Shown: piece after piece, positions 1 through 12,896 of the stretch
Layout of the letters: each line of letters begins with the position of its first letter
How positions within the stretch are numbered: the first letter of the stretch is position 1
From: Octopus vulgaris
Taxonomy: Eukaryota
Direction of reading: 5' to 3'
NCBI GenBank assembly: GCA_951406725.2
Contig: OX597814.1
Span: 24,986,001 to 25,050,000, forward strand
Length of the DNA stretch: 64,000 nt
The notes under the pieces: model-generated
Told to the model about the DNA's origin: nothing
The model's input: only the letters and a program-made list of their open reading frames with translations
Databases searched by the model: none
Position numbers and translations under genes: made by a program

Positions 1-191
1 TGCCATCATCACTTCTCTTCATCCCATTATAAATCAATTATATATAATTTTTTTAAATATTTTCCTGTTACAAATATCTTGCAGTCATCAAAATGGTTAC
101 CTAGGATGGCTTAGTTATGCGATGTGCATGCTTTTAAAGAGTTGCAGATTTGTGTTCTGGAGTGAACATATTCATTCACGCATACTTTAAT

Positions 192-208
192 ACACACACA
201 AACACACA

Positions 209-263
<55 letters not shown>

Positions 264-455
264 ACACACACACACACACACACATGCATACACACACATG
301 CTTGCATACTGGCATACACAGATATTCTCTCTATTTCTTCATCACTTTTTCTAATTTCTCATAATTTCATTCACTATCATTTACTTGCTTTCTTATTTCT
401 CCTTCATGAATCTGGTTTTATATGTGTGTATGCATATGCATGCATGTGTATTTAT

Positions 456-494
<39 letters not shown>

Positions 495-505
495 CACACA
501 CTCAC
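192..505. repeat. (CA)n microsatellite tracts (192-281, 457-505)
   Basis: Direct reading; these explain the HT/CV-repeat ORFs. Confidence 0.95.
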
Positions 506-876
506 ATACCAGCATATAGATAAACGAACAAACTTTCTTTCTCCCGGTTTCTCACTTTACATAGTATCTTCCACAATCTGTCACAATGAATTCTATCTAA
601 GGTAGTAAGACAGCTCCTTTGTGATTGCTTGACATGCAGTAAACATTAGTCAAATTTCCATCAAATTACACTCCACTGTTCCACCCGGAATGCGGGTGTT
701 AAATGATGAATGTGATGATGATGATGATGATGATGATGATATTATAAAAAGTGGGAGTGACACTCATAATTTGGTATAGTTTTAGCTAATCCAGAAATCC
801 ATATTTGTACAGTCTGAATTTTGGCTTTGAAACAACACATATATAAAATTCTTATTTCAAATTATGACTTTCTCTT

Positions 877-1423
877 CTTATGCATACCTTTCCTTCATTG
901 GACACTAAACTCTGTTTGTGAAAACCTGTTGAGGCAAGTGAAATCAAAATCAAATTTGATGACTGGCATCCATGCTAGTGGAGCACTAAGAGCACCATCC
1001 AAGCATGATCGTTGCCAGAGCAATTAACTGGCTTTCATGCTGGTGGCATGTTAGAAGCACCATTCGAGTGTGATCGTTACCAGCGTCACCTTACTGGTAC
1101 TTGTGTCGGTGGAATATGAAAAAACATTGGAGTGAGGTTGTTGTCAGTACCGCTGGACTGGCTCCCGTACAGGTGGCACATAAAACAATACCATTTGAGC
1201 ATGGCCATTGCCAGTACCGCCAGACTGGCCCTCGTGCCAGTGGCATGTAAAAGCACCCACTACACTCGGAGTGGTTGGCATTAGGAAGGGCATCCAGCTG
1301 TAGAAACTCTGCTAGATCAAGATTGGAGCTTGGTGCAGCCATCTGGTTCGTCACTCCTCAGTCAAATTGTCCAACCCATGCTAGCATGGAAAGCGGACGT
1401 TAAATGATGATGATGATGACGAC
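877..1423 (+). mobile_element. RTE-related non-autonomous retroposon / RTE 3' end with (GAT)n tail
   Basis: 3' end ...AACCCATGCTAGCATGGAAAGCGGACGTTAAA(TGA)n is shared with the RTE fragments at 43290-43973; 11-bp TSD GACTTTCTCTT at 866-876 and 1424-1434. Confidence 0.85.
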
Positions 1424-1886
1424 GACTTTCTCTTGTTTATAATTAGACCATGAGTGCTGATTTTTCACCAACTGCTCAGTTCAAGTACAATGCAGTTTGT
1501 GGTCTACAACATTCCAGATGTCAAATAATCAATCTCGATCTGAGTTTGACAGAACACTGCAACTTGATCAAAGGGACAAACTGTGGAAATATATTTTACT
1601 CAAATGACATCTGAACTTTTTTGCTGCTGTTGCTGTCATTGTCCAAGAATCACTGCAGATGTTACTGCCTTAGTACATATTTGTGCATCTACATCCATGG
1701 CATCATGAGATCCCTTGTAGTGTGTATTGGTAGCAGAAATATCTCCAAACCAGCAGAGCCTATCTTTTCCTCAAGAAATGAAAGAGTATATTCTCCAATC
1801 TGGTCAGGTATTTACTTAGATGAACTACAAGAGTCTGATATATAATCTACATTCATCTAATCTTTCAAGGATAATTTTCTTTTAGC

Positions 1887-2318
1887 TGTAGTAACACCAT
1901 CTTGGAAATCTCCAGCTCACATGTGCAGAGTTGGATTCTTCCGGGAGGCCTGCTGACAGTTCCCTCATGCACATGTGCAGAAAACTAGCAGCAGCAAAAT
2001 TTCCCTCGTATCTCCCTCTCAAACACTGGCAGCCAAACAGGACAGTCGTGTTTTAGCAGCTCTCTCAAGCTGCTACTGCGTGGTGCTTCTCCGCAATACT
2101 GAATGGACAGGATTTGGCTCACTCCACTTGACTACTGCGATGAGCTCCTAGGCTGCCGATTTGCCCTGAAAGAAGAATGTATATATTGCAAATCCAGAAA
2201 TAAAATATTTATGCTGTTGAAGTTAATCGGAAGTCTTGACTCTTTCCTTCAATTAATATTTTAATGTAAAGGATTTGAGCTGCACCCATCCAGTGCAGAG
2301 ACCTCTCATCCTGTTACA
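1887..2318 (+). mobile_element. Solo LTR (432 bp)
   Basis: Starts TGTAGTAACA and ends TGTTACA; 4-bp TSD TAGC at 1883-1886 and 2319-2322; higher GC than flanks; internal AATAAA near 2198. Confidence 0.7.
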
Positions 2319-2869
2319 TAGCTTATTTTGGAGTCATTGGAGTCAAGATAGCCAGTTTAATCATGACCTCTTTCTAGCTCTTAATCTACCTGCAAATTGC
2401 AGATTAGATCTGAACTATATCCAAAGCACTTTAACAAGGTCCTTGATCAAGTGACAGACATTGCTGTGCTGCATAAACTTGCATCCCTCAATATTCATTT
2501 GCATGTTTATTAACTTGTCTTAATTAATTCATGATGCTATTTTACCCATGCCATTTATCTAGAGAAGTGTCAACCACCTCAATTTCTCATCATGACATTG
2601 ATATCATCTGAGACTCTCCTGTTTCCCAATTTGAGTGGATGCCCCTTAATATATCTAACCTTTACTACGAGTCTCCACTAACAAAACAAAGAAGAAATCA
2701 GATTATATCTTTAGACTGACTCAATATATACTGCTAAACAGTTCTAATAGGAGGTTATTTGGTCTGATCACTGAAAAGAAGCTGCTGTTTCTTATAGTGA
2801 TCCAGCTTCGGAAGATAAGATAAAAATTGACAATGCTTGAAATAGCCATCAGGTGTCAATGGTAGGCCC

Positions 2870-4330
2870 TGTTGTAAATTCTTGATTGATCTAAATTGGT
2901 CAGTGTTCCACCAAAACCAGATCTAGGACTGATACACACACACACACACACACACACACATATGCATATGTCATACTTACATTGATAGACATATTCTGTA
3001 CATTTCTTAGTCATTCTTTCTTATTTCTCAGGCTGTTGTTTCCAGCAAGTTATCTTCTTGGAGCTCTCAACTGTACGCTCCAAGAAGACAACTCATTCTA
3101 CTTATTGTAAGCATATGACAACCAGTATCTCACTGAACTTATGTTTATTTCACTTTTATTTTTCTTCTCTGAAATTATCTTGTGTATCTGAGTGACTAGT
3201 TCTTATCTTAATCATTTGTCTATGTTGAATGCTAAGATACACACAAGAAAAGATTTATTATTCCCAACTATTCATCTATCCCGTTTCCTTGTGGCTATGA
3301 CATCTTTCCAGTCAGCATACTTGCCTGATTGATAAGTAATCAGAGGGCTGAAAGGTTTTCTGAAGTTTTCATTGCAAATGGTTTGCTCATTTCCATCACA
3401 AAGAGCCTTGATTTCTCTCCATTTATATTACTATTTGCAGTGTCTCCATGCACATTGGAGTAGCTATTCTAATAATCTCACCATGTACATTAACCATGCT
3501 AATAAAGTTGCAATCATTTGTTATCAAGGAGATATGCAAGAGAATCTTATAGAAATGAGGCACTTGCTCACAGTCAGTCCTGAGTGAACATACATAGATA
3601 ACTGTTACTGCTGTATTGTTTATGTGTAGACAATTATTCTGTGACATATTCTGTATAGGTCATTAATTCATCTGTCCATTTCTCAGCCAGTAGAAAGCCA
3701 ATTTTACCCAACTCAGCACTGTTACACACCAAGAAATATTTGAATCTCTATTTCTTGTCTATAAGCAGTGTGGATGAGACTCTGCTATCTTATCTCTTAT
3801 TCATAATACACTGCTATTTGCCTTAGCTCTAACATGTCTACAATCTCCCCAGACCTACCTTTCATTGTGCCATCATTGCTGGTAACAGTCCTAAACTTTC
3901 CTGAGGAGTGTTTTCAGAAGCAGATACTTTAATAAATGTTTTCTACATCTGAAAGCAAGAGAGTTGGTGTAATCATATTATGGTGGCTGAGGTGTTTTGA
4001 TACACATCCAGATGTTCCCATTTGGCTGCTCTGCTAATGTGTAAAGCACTTATATGGTAAGTGTTAGTCAAGGTTGCCATCACTATGATTGCTGAAATTT
4101 ATACTTCCATCATACAGAATTTCATTCAGAGTTAAATCACCTACACTATATTTGGAGAGCCATTGCCTCTATACATACTAGTTAGGACTGTGTAAGCAAT
4201 CATGTAAAAAGTTCTATGCTGTCATATGTTGTGAGGATAATTGGAATAATTTGATTAATGACAGCTGTTCATACTTGTCAGTATCAAGTAATTGGAACAA
4301 GGCAGCTGGTCATTATTTTCAAGACAGAGG
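2870..4330 (+). mobile_element. Highly decayed Ty3/Gypsy pol remnant
   Basis: Broken motifs in Gypsy order: protease-like KFLID (~2877), RT SSWSSQLY (~3053), IDK/VIRGL (~3330), RNase H-like TQHCYT (~3711), integrase-like NFIQS*ITYTIFGEP (~4120-4162); many stops and frameshifts. Confidence 0.55.
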
Positions 4331-4718
4331 GAGGAGGCAGCAGAATGAAACTACCAACATATTTCTAAGCAGACATCTTTACTAGACAAGGTAACATGCT
4401 GGGTTTAAATAGATAAATTAAATAAATAAATATTGTCTTAATTTAATTTTGTGCCCCTGTGATGTTATACATAAATATCTGTGATATTGGCAATTATCCC
4501 AATGAACAATTTAGATATCCAAAAATAAAAAAAAATAATCAAACACATCTTGGGAGCTCTTACGGACAATGCAGGAGAGAGAAAGTTAGATATGAGAACT
4601 AAGTAAGGAGAGTGGACAAGTTAGCAAGAAAGAGAATGATGCCGAGTTTAAATAGCTAACTAAATGCCTTAATTTCATTTTAAGTCTCTGGATATTATCA
4701 ATTATCATGAATACATAG

Positions 4719-4752
<34 letters not shown>

Positions 4753-6718
4753 AATCTTCTTTATCAACGTCATTTTTATGCCTTGTGCAATCCATGCTAG
4801 AGTGGATTGAATAGGACTCCTTAAAGCAGTGCTTTACAATTGGATGCCCTTCCTGACATAAACCCATTTACTTACTCCTTACGATATGCAGAAGTAAATG
4901 CTGAAATGTACTATATGATAATTGTTTTCTACTGTTATGGAAGGAATTTTGTGCTTTAGTCAATCACAGATTAACATGTGAGCTTTAGTATTTGCAGTAT
5001 TTTCTTTCAAGCATCAAACTTAATTTCCTTGCTGTTACATTATATGCTTGATCAGAACATTTCCAGATATTTTCCAGAGTATTTTCTTTATTTGATACTC
5101 CTTTATTACTTTAGTATATTCTATATTAAGCATGTTTCCACTCCTACTATTGCTGTTGCCATCGTTGGTATTGGTTAGCCCCAACTAAGCCTTCATTGAA
5201 CAGACCTATGATAAAAGGGACTCAAACCAAAATCACCTGGTCTTTTTTTCAAGACGTGTATGCTTGTTTTTGAGACAACAGGGTATGGTTTGATGGTGAT
5301 TTGGCTAATATTTCTGACCAGTTAAATAATCACATAGAAACTACCTCGTTAGCTTGTTTCCTGCAGATTACATTGACAACTTAGTTTCATACTTAATGCT
5401 TCAAATTCATGTTTGACAAGCTTTATCAATTTTTCTTCATTTTTCTTTTATAAAGTTTTATAATATAGATATAATATATGATAAATTAGAGTTGTATCCT
5501 ACTCTAGGTTCATAGGTTGTCTTGTATTCAGTAATGCAAGCTAATGAAACACTATCTGATCATACAGTATTCTTACATCTAATGGCAGTGATCTCTATCT
5601 ACCTATCATAGATATTTGTAGTTAAGCAGACCAAACTATGAAGAGTTAAATATCTTAACTATAATCATGCTGCACAATCACTAACAAGGCAGTTCAATGC
5701 CATATTGATTCTAGCAGCAATGACTGTGAATTGTATTAGTGATCACATAATTTCTCAGTTCAACATTGTCGATCAGCCTGATCAATAAAATAGGAGATAA
5801 TTTTTTTCCCAGCATGCAATGAGCACAGTCAAATTTATGAAGGTAGTTCAAGTGTTTGAATAAGTTTTATATCGTAATAGATATGCATTTGCAATCAGTT
5901 TTGTAAGGTGACTATTGTTAGTACATGTAGTCAAGTTATAGTCATATGGTTGTATTTTGAAATAAAGTTGTCAATTATAGTGATATTTTTAGTCCTCAGC
6001 TGATTTCTAGTGTATTTGGAAATAATAATCTTCTTGTTCAAGTTCAGTTGAAATTATTGTTCAAGACTGATGTTTTTTAAACCTTCATGAAATTTAATGG
6101 CCGTTGAGGTGTTTTATTGGTATAAGTCAGATAATTCAGAAAAAAACTTTTCTTAACATTTTAAGTCATTTTATGCAATTCCTTCCATTAATTTTCATGG
6201 GCTTTCCAATGAAGTTTAAATATATCACAATTAAATTGTTATTAGCAACAGAAGTGTTGGCAGTACTCACTTTATCTTTGTTAAGTGAATTTTTGTTTTT
6301 AGCTATTACAGTTAACTGTTGTTCCTGTCAACCATAGTAGTTCTAACCAAGTTCCACTTGGTGATCAGAATTGTAATTTATTTCCCCACCAATAGCCCTA
6401 TGTTGTTGTGTACAAGACTTTTTGCATTTATCAATAATAACAGTTAGCTGCTGTACAGGAATGACAGGGTAATTGGGGCAAAGCAATTATAGGAGAAATA
6501 TTGATTAATTTTTTATGAATAATCTCTCCAAGACTTGTGCATACACCGTTAATAGTATCATGATTTTATAAGCGCATACATTTGTATGTGTCTAGATTTA
6601 GCTACCTATTACTATTGTTAGATTATATTAAAATGCTGTGTAACAAATATATTGCAGGTACATTATATTGTTGATGATGACTCTTTTATATTGTTGTGTT
6701 GATATTTTCTTTGTCTTA

Positions 6719-6935
6719 AGGTGGCAAACTGGCAGAAACGTTAGCATGCCAGGCAAAAAGCTTAGCAGTATTTCGCCTGGCTTTATGTTCTGAGTTCAAA
6801 TTCTGTCGAGGTTGACTTTGCCTTTCATCCTTTCGGGGTCGATAAATTAAGTACCAGTTGTGTACTAAGGTCGATCTAATCGACTGGTCCGATCCCCTAA
6901 AATTTCGGGTCTTGTGCCTAAAGCAGAAAAGAATA
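6719..6935 (+). mobile_element. tRNA-derived SINE, family B (MetaSINE-like central domain)
   Basis: GGTGGCAAACTGGCAGAA head, GAGTTCAAATT B box, TTGCCTTTCATCCTTTCGGGGTCGATAAATTAAGTACCAG core; many copies in window. Confidence 0.85.
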
Positions 6936-8953
6936 TTTTCTTCATCTTTAGTCAATCATTTTTACTTTTTACCTTATATTTATATAATAAAAGTTTAAGT
7001 GACTGAGTGATCAACGTATTTAACTACTTGCTTGTGGGTCAGGATTTCAAAATTGTTGTTGGTGTTTCATTGCATTCCTGAAAATAAAACTTGCTCAAGA
7101 TTACCTCAGGTGCTCTATCTGTTAAACATTTAGAAGTGTTCAACTTGAAATCAGTGTCCACCAACTGTCTTGTTTCACTTTGCTATCAAATTTAAACGAT
7201 ACTGATTCAGGATTATGTGTGATAGCTGTTATGAAATAATTTATTGGATGTTAACTCATCTAACAGTGGAAATCCATCATGAGGTGATATTTGCTTCATC
7301 CACAACAACTTCTTACTACATTGATACAGTAATGTGCATTGTTATGAAATTCACCATTACCAATATTGGTATAAGACTCCTTATACCAATGTATAGCACT
7401 TGGCTGGTACTTTGTTTTGCTGTTGCAATACATAATTCAAAAGATGCAGTAAATTATCAAAAATGTATTTCACACTCTAGAATTTGTCAATAAACAAAGT
7501 AATTTAATCCACATTTTGTAATAAATGTGCATGCATACCATATACTCACAAATCTTCATGTGACATATATTTATATTGTTATGTTAATATTCAACACTAT
7601 ATAAAATAATAATACATTACTCAGTTCTATATTTACCAGCCTTGGATGGATAAAAGGCTAAGTTAAACTTGATTGGATTTAAACTTCAAACATAAGCATT
7701 AACATCTGTAATATCATTATAGTAAACTGGTAGCAAAACAGTATTGATATCCTGGTTTTGATTCCTTGTTCAAATGCCTAGTGGAAAAGAATATAAATGT
7801 CAGAACTCTTTATTTAGCAATATATCTGTTGTTTCCCTTAATGACCTTATGTCTTTGAAGAAAGTATAAATGTCGCAACTTTTTATTTATTGTTTCTCCT
7901 AATTCTGTAGTTTAATGCTGAGGGAGGAAATAACTTTTAGAGTTACTACATAGGTCACAAAATGTGTGTATATATATATATATAAATATATAAATGTGTG
8001 TATATATATTTTTTTTTTTTTTTTTCTGTGGCACATTATTTGATTCATATTTGAAACAATCTAATTTACACCACTAAACTTTTTGGGTTGGTCCCAAAAC
8101 CCCAATGTCTTAACTTTCATCATTTCTTAGATTCATGTCTAATTTTTAATTTCATTATAATATATTGAAGAGTTTATTTTGATTTTTGCCAATAACACAA
8201 TGGACATTTAAAAAATGTTTATGTAACCTGTAATTGATTATTTTTTAAAATCATTACTAGGCTTTCGGTGTTAATGCATTCTTTGCTACATATAAAGAAA
8301 CAATGCTGGTAACGGTAAGAAGAAAATGGAAGATGGATTGAACAGAGATGATAGGAAAATCACAAACACGTGTGTGTGTATGTGAATATGTGTGTGCATG
8401 TGTGTATAACTTGGAGACTGTTATTAATCAATAACCAGCATTTGAAGTTAAATATTAAAACGTGTGTAGTGATCGGCAGAAAGACGATGAACTTGATAAT
8501 ACATATTCCAAAAGCTATAACCTATTGCAACTACAACTACAATAAATAAGTATAAAATGCCTGGTAGAATAGTTAAAATGATATTCTTATTATCATAAGC
8601 ACTAAGCTTTGATTGCCACAGCTTGGCAGATTGAGTAAATGCCTTCAATCATAACTACAAGTTAATTCAAGTCTTGTGAGATGCATAGGGCAGGAAAAAA
8701 ACTGTGAAGAAGCCTGCAATTTAAAAACTTTGCTTTATCATATGGCATCACACTTAATCTGCTTGGAGGAGTATGGTAAAGGCAGAAAAGCTTGTTGAAT
8801 ATATCTAGCTACTCTAACGGCAATGCAATGTGGGGGCATTTTGATTATTCAAATAACTGGTAGACTCATTACTAAAATGGTCGCAAAACCCATTCTAACG
8901 AATAAATACAGTGTTTCTGCAGCCCATTTCGTGTAGATATGCATACCTACATA

Positions 8954-8956
<3 letters not shown>

Positions 8957-9039
<83 letters not shown>

Positions 9040-9066
9040 TGTGTGTGTGTGGGTGAGTGTGAGTGT
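8957..9066. repeat. (GT)n microsatellite
   Basis: Direct reading. Confidence 0.95.
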
Positions 9067-9234
9067 AGTAGGCATTCTTTCCCTATCAATAGTTACTTCA
9101 AATGAAAGCATAAAATTCACACATGTTGCAGCAGAAAATATGAGGAGAAAAAGAGAAGGAGAGAGAAGGAGACAGACAGTTAGACTGTTTCAAATTATAA
9201 AGTTACCAGATATTTATTCTCATCTATATTTCCA

Positions 9235-9483
9235 ATAATTATATTTTCATAGCTTCTATATTAATCATATCAGAAAAGAATACAGAATGGAAAATAAACA
9301 GGAACAACAAACAAATAGACAAAATTTCAATGACAAACCTGGAGAAAGAAAGCAGAGCAAGGAGTGCATAAATTTTAGCACGCTTCTGGGCATTTAATTT
9401 CTTCCTGATTTCACATCTTGAAAGGTTTGTTTTGCCTTTCATCCCTCTGGAAATGATAAAACATGTATCAGACGTGTACTGGG
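9235..9483 (+). repeat. Source copy of a ~250-bp segment duplicated at 12305-12555
   Basis: Near-identical sequence ATAATTATATTTTCATAGCTTC...CAGACGTGTA(C/T)TGGG at both loci. Confidence 0.92.
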
Positions 9484-12145
9484 ATCAATTCTATCAATTA
9501 AGTCCCCTCCTATTAATTTGTGGCTTTGTACCACAGTTAGAAATCAATAAAACAACTGAAGAAAGAGCCAGGAATTCTATGATCAGCAAATTCCAAGACA
9601 AAACTGACAGAATAATATCAGTACTGAGCAACGGATGATCTGATTTCAAAACCTGTCTCAATTAACTTTGTTTTTCATTTTGCCAGGATCAATACGATAA
9701 ACCCAAAGTTGTGGTCTTGTATCTATGTTAAAATGAATATTTGGTGCAAACATCTAGTTAATGTAGGTTAGACAAGTGTGCATCAAAATATATATATCCT
9801 ATTTTATCATATGTTTTGCTTTACCATATAAGACAATAATATTTTCAATTTCTAAATAAAATTAAAAAAACAAGTGATTTCCAAGTGATGTAAAAATTGT
9901 GGAGGTTGTCTGAGACTTTACTGCTACATTGCTTTATATATTGCTTTAACTCATACATAAACACATATACATGTACAAAGACACACACACTCATACACAC
10001 ATATATAAGAAGACAGACAGTGTGAAACAGACAGATTGACAGACAAACGGAGAGGAGAGATAAATTCATATCAGCATGTCACATACATAAAATTAAATGT
10101 TCTTTTCTTTCTCTTACTTGATTTAAAATTAAAAACAATATTTTCAATTCCACGGAATACATCCTTATATGCATATGCATGGCCATACATTCACGCACAG
10201 GCACATAAGCAACATGCACATATACATTTATATACAACCACACATGCACATCCATAAATATGCATAGGGTTAACAAGACAAATGTCCTGATCTGAATATT
10301 AAATGATAGTTGTTATTGTTCGATAAAATGATTTGTTATCAAATTGAGGAAATAGAAGGAAATTATTAATTATATATATGAGTGTGTATGTGTGTACACA
10401 CATATACATACATGCATACATAATACATGCCTATATACATATATATATATCTAAATGAAAACCATATATATATATATATGTATATACATGCATACATATG
10501 TACATACATAATACATACATAAACTGATCTGCTATAAATAAATGTTATGGGAGAAAAACCCTAGAACTTTGCTCATAAATATGATTTTTTCCATAATATT
10601 CGAATTACTAAATTAAAAACAAAATTGAGTCAGGAATACAAATTCATAAGGATAAAACCAAAATATACATAAACCTAAATATATTAGAAAATTTTGAATA
10701 ATTATTCTATCAAACTACATTCCAATATTCAAGCTCTGTATATAAATTTCTAAAACATAACCCCTCTCCACTAAAAAATACTTTCACTCAGAAAATAAAA
10801 GTAAAATTTTTAAAATTGCATTTATGTATACATATGAAATGGAAAATATTGAAAAAGATTTCAGAAGGAGAGTTGTTGAAGTTAGTATTTTCATTGCTGT
10901 TCATATATTCTGGAAGGAAAAAAAGAGGAAGAAAAATTATATCACTGATAATTCAAATTGAAATTGTCAGTTTTCCAAACTAAATATAACCTATACAAAA
11001 TATATAGATGTAATAAAACAAAAAAACTTTTAGGTTTTTAAGCGATTAAAATGTTCAGAAGCAATAAAACAGTTTATTTTTATTGATATCAAGTAAGCGA
11101 GAGATTTCATTGTCATTGCTTCTCATCTTTTAGAAAGAGGTTTAAAATTTCTTCCTCAATGTTAATTTATATAAAATATTTCAAATATTCCATTTTACGT
11201 AGGTTTCATAGGAAGCACAATGTTGTTTAATTATACTAAAAGTTTTATCTGAAAACAAAAAAAATTAATTTTTATTTTTCATCTATGAGGTGATCTATGA
11301 TGGAAAATATTTCATTAATATATTACAGTTTAAGTGTTAACTAAGTTGGCTTTAATGTTTTAAAAATAGTGCAGGCCACAGTTTGTTAACGTTTTCTGAA
11401 TTGCAATGTCACCCAGTCATTTTCTGTGTGAGGAATTTCAACAGTGTGTCGTGGCCTGCTACTATAACAGCTCCTTTATAGGATCCAGTTAGCTCAAGAC
11501 ATCATCAGGAGGAACCACGCCCGGTTTTGGCCCCTATCCTCTACCGTTTTGACGTGGTACCCCCCCCCCCTTTCGGAGGTATTTTCAGCTCTGGTGTTGG
11601 GTACATGTCTTCTTTCTTCTTCTTTCTTCTGTTCCCTGGCCTCTTTGATGAAGCATCAATGAGTGTCAGCTGGCGACTGACTGACTTGTCAAATTTTTTC
11701 CCTTTAAATACCTGCTGCTAGGCTCCAGCAGACAGCCCCAGCTAGTTGTCACATGACACTGTCTCAACTTTTACTGACCAATGAAGGCGTGTAGTCTTAG
11801 CCCATGCATTCTCTAAACGACCGTCACCTGTTAATCAGCAAAGCTAATTCAGTGTCAGCTTTTCTCACCTAGTGATGTTATTTTCCGCTGGCATGTTATG
11901 GTTTTCAAACCATTTTTGGTCTTCCCGCTTCAGCCATATAAAATTAAAATTTCTTTCAGCATCATAAATTTATTTTCATTTTATCAATAGGCTTATACTG
12001 ACAATGGTTTTGAGCTACAGTAACAAACTTTAAAATAGTCACTAATCTAGATGAAGATTTCAAATACTGCAGTAACAACCGTGGGATTATACTCTAATTT
12101 CAATGATAGTTTCAAATACTATAGCAACTGTCCAACTCGCTTTAA

Positions 12146-12896
12146 CCCTTCAGCATTCTGATTATTCTGTCAAAAGTAATGCTTATTCATTCACATTGTT
12201 TTGAATTCATCATGCATTATCTTGTAGCTTTGAGATTTTGATTGTTTATTTTTAGAATGACATGATAGTTTAAGTGTGAGAGGCTGGATTTGACCACATT
12301 GAACATAATTATATTTTCATAGCTTCTATATTAATCATATCAGAAGAGAATTTCAAAATGGAAAATAAACAGGAACAACAAACAAATAGACAAAATTTCA
12401 ATCCCAAACCTGTAGAAAGAAAGCAGAGCAAGGAGTGCATAAATTTTAGCACGCTTCTGGGCATTTAATTTCTTCCTGATTTCACATCTTGAAAGGCTTG
12501 TTTTGCCTTTCATTCCTCTGGAAATGATAAAACATTATATCAGACGTGTATTGGGGGCATGTGGCTTAGTGGTTAGAGCAGTGGACTCGTGGTCGAGGGA
12601 TCGCAGATTCGAATCTCAGACCGGGCAATGTGTGTGTTTATGAGTGAAACACCTAAGCTCCACGTGGCTCCGGCAGAAGGTAATGCCGAACTTCTGCTGA
12701 CTCTTTCATCACAACTTTCTCACACTCTTTCCTCCTGCAACAGAGCGGTGTCCCGTCCAGGTGGGGAACCTATATGCCAAGGAAACTTGGAAACTGGCCC
12801 TTATGAGCCAGGCATGGCTCAAGAAGGAACAAACAACATTGAACATAAAACAGGTAGAATATTTTGACTGGATGTGGCTGGTTTAATGATTAAGGG
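12146..12896. mobile_element. piggyBac-type MITE (TTAA-flanked), interrupted by a composite insertion
   Basis: TTAA|CCCTTCAGCATT...AATGATTAAGGG|TTAA; TTAA at 12142-12145 and 12897-12900. Confidence 0.8.
12553..12835 (+). mobile_element. tRNA-derived SINE (family C)
   Basis: A box TGGCTTAGTGG, B-box-like GATTCGAATC, short AAC-rich tail followed by TSD ACATTGAACATAA. Confidence 0.85.

Noticed and set aside
150-605. Long HT/YI/CV-rich ORFs here and at 48-49 kb, 53.6 kb and 59-61 kb
   Set aside because: Translations of dinucleotide and tetranucleotide microsatellites
960-1260. CRISPR-like repeat/spacer appearance (also 32800-33070, 43600-43810)
   Set aside because: The units are degenerate subrepeats of an RTE-related 3' region, the spacers are mutually related, there are no cas genes, and the context is eukaryotic
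5880-6340. Minus-strand Penelope-like remnant
   Set aside because: Motif resemblance too weak to call by eye
12553-12625. tRNA gene (also 15972-16043)
   Set aside because: A/B boxes are present but the cloverleaf does not pair and the sequence continues into retroposon bodies
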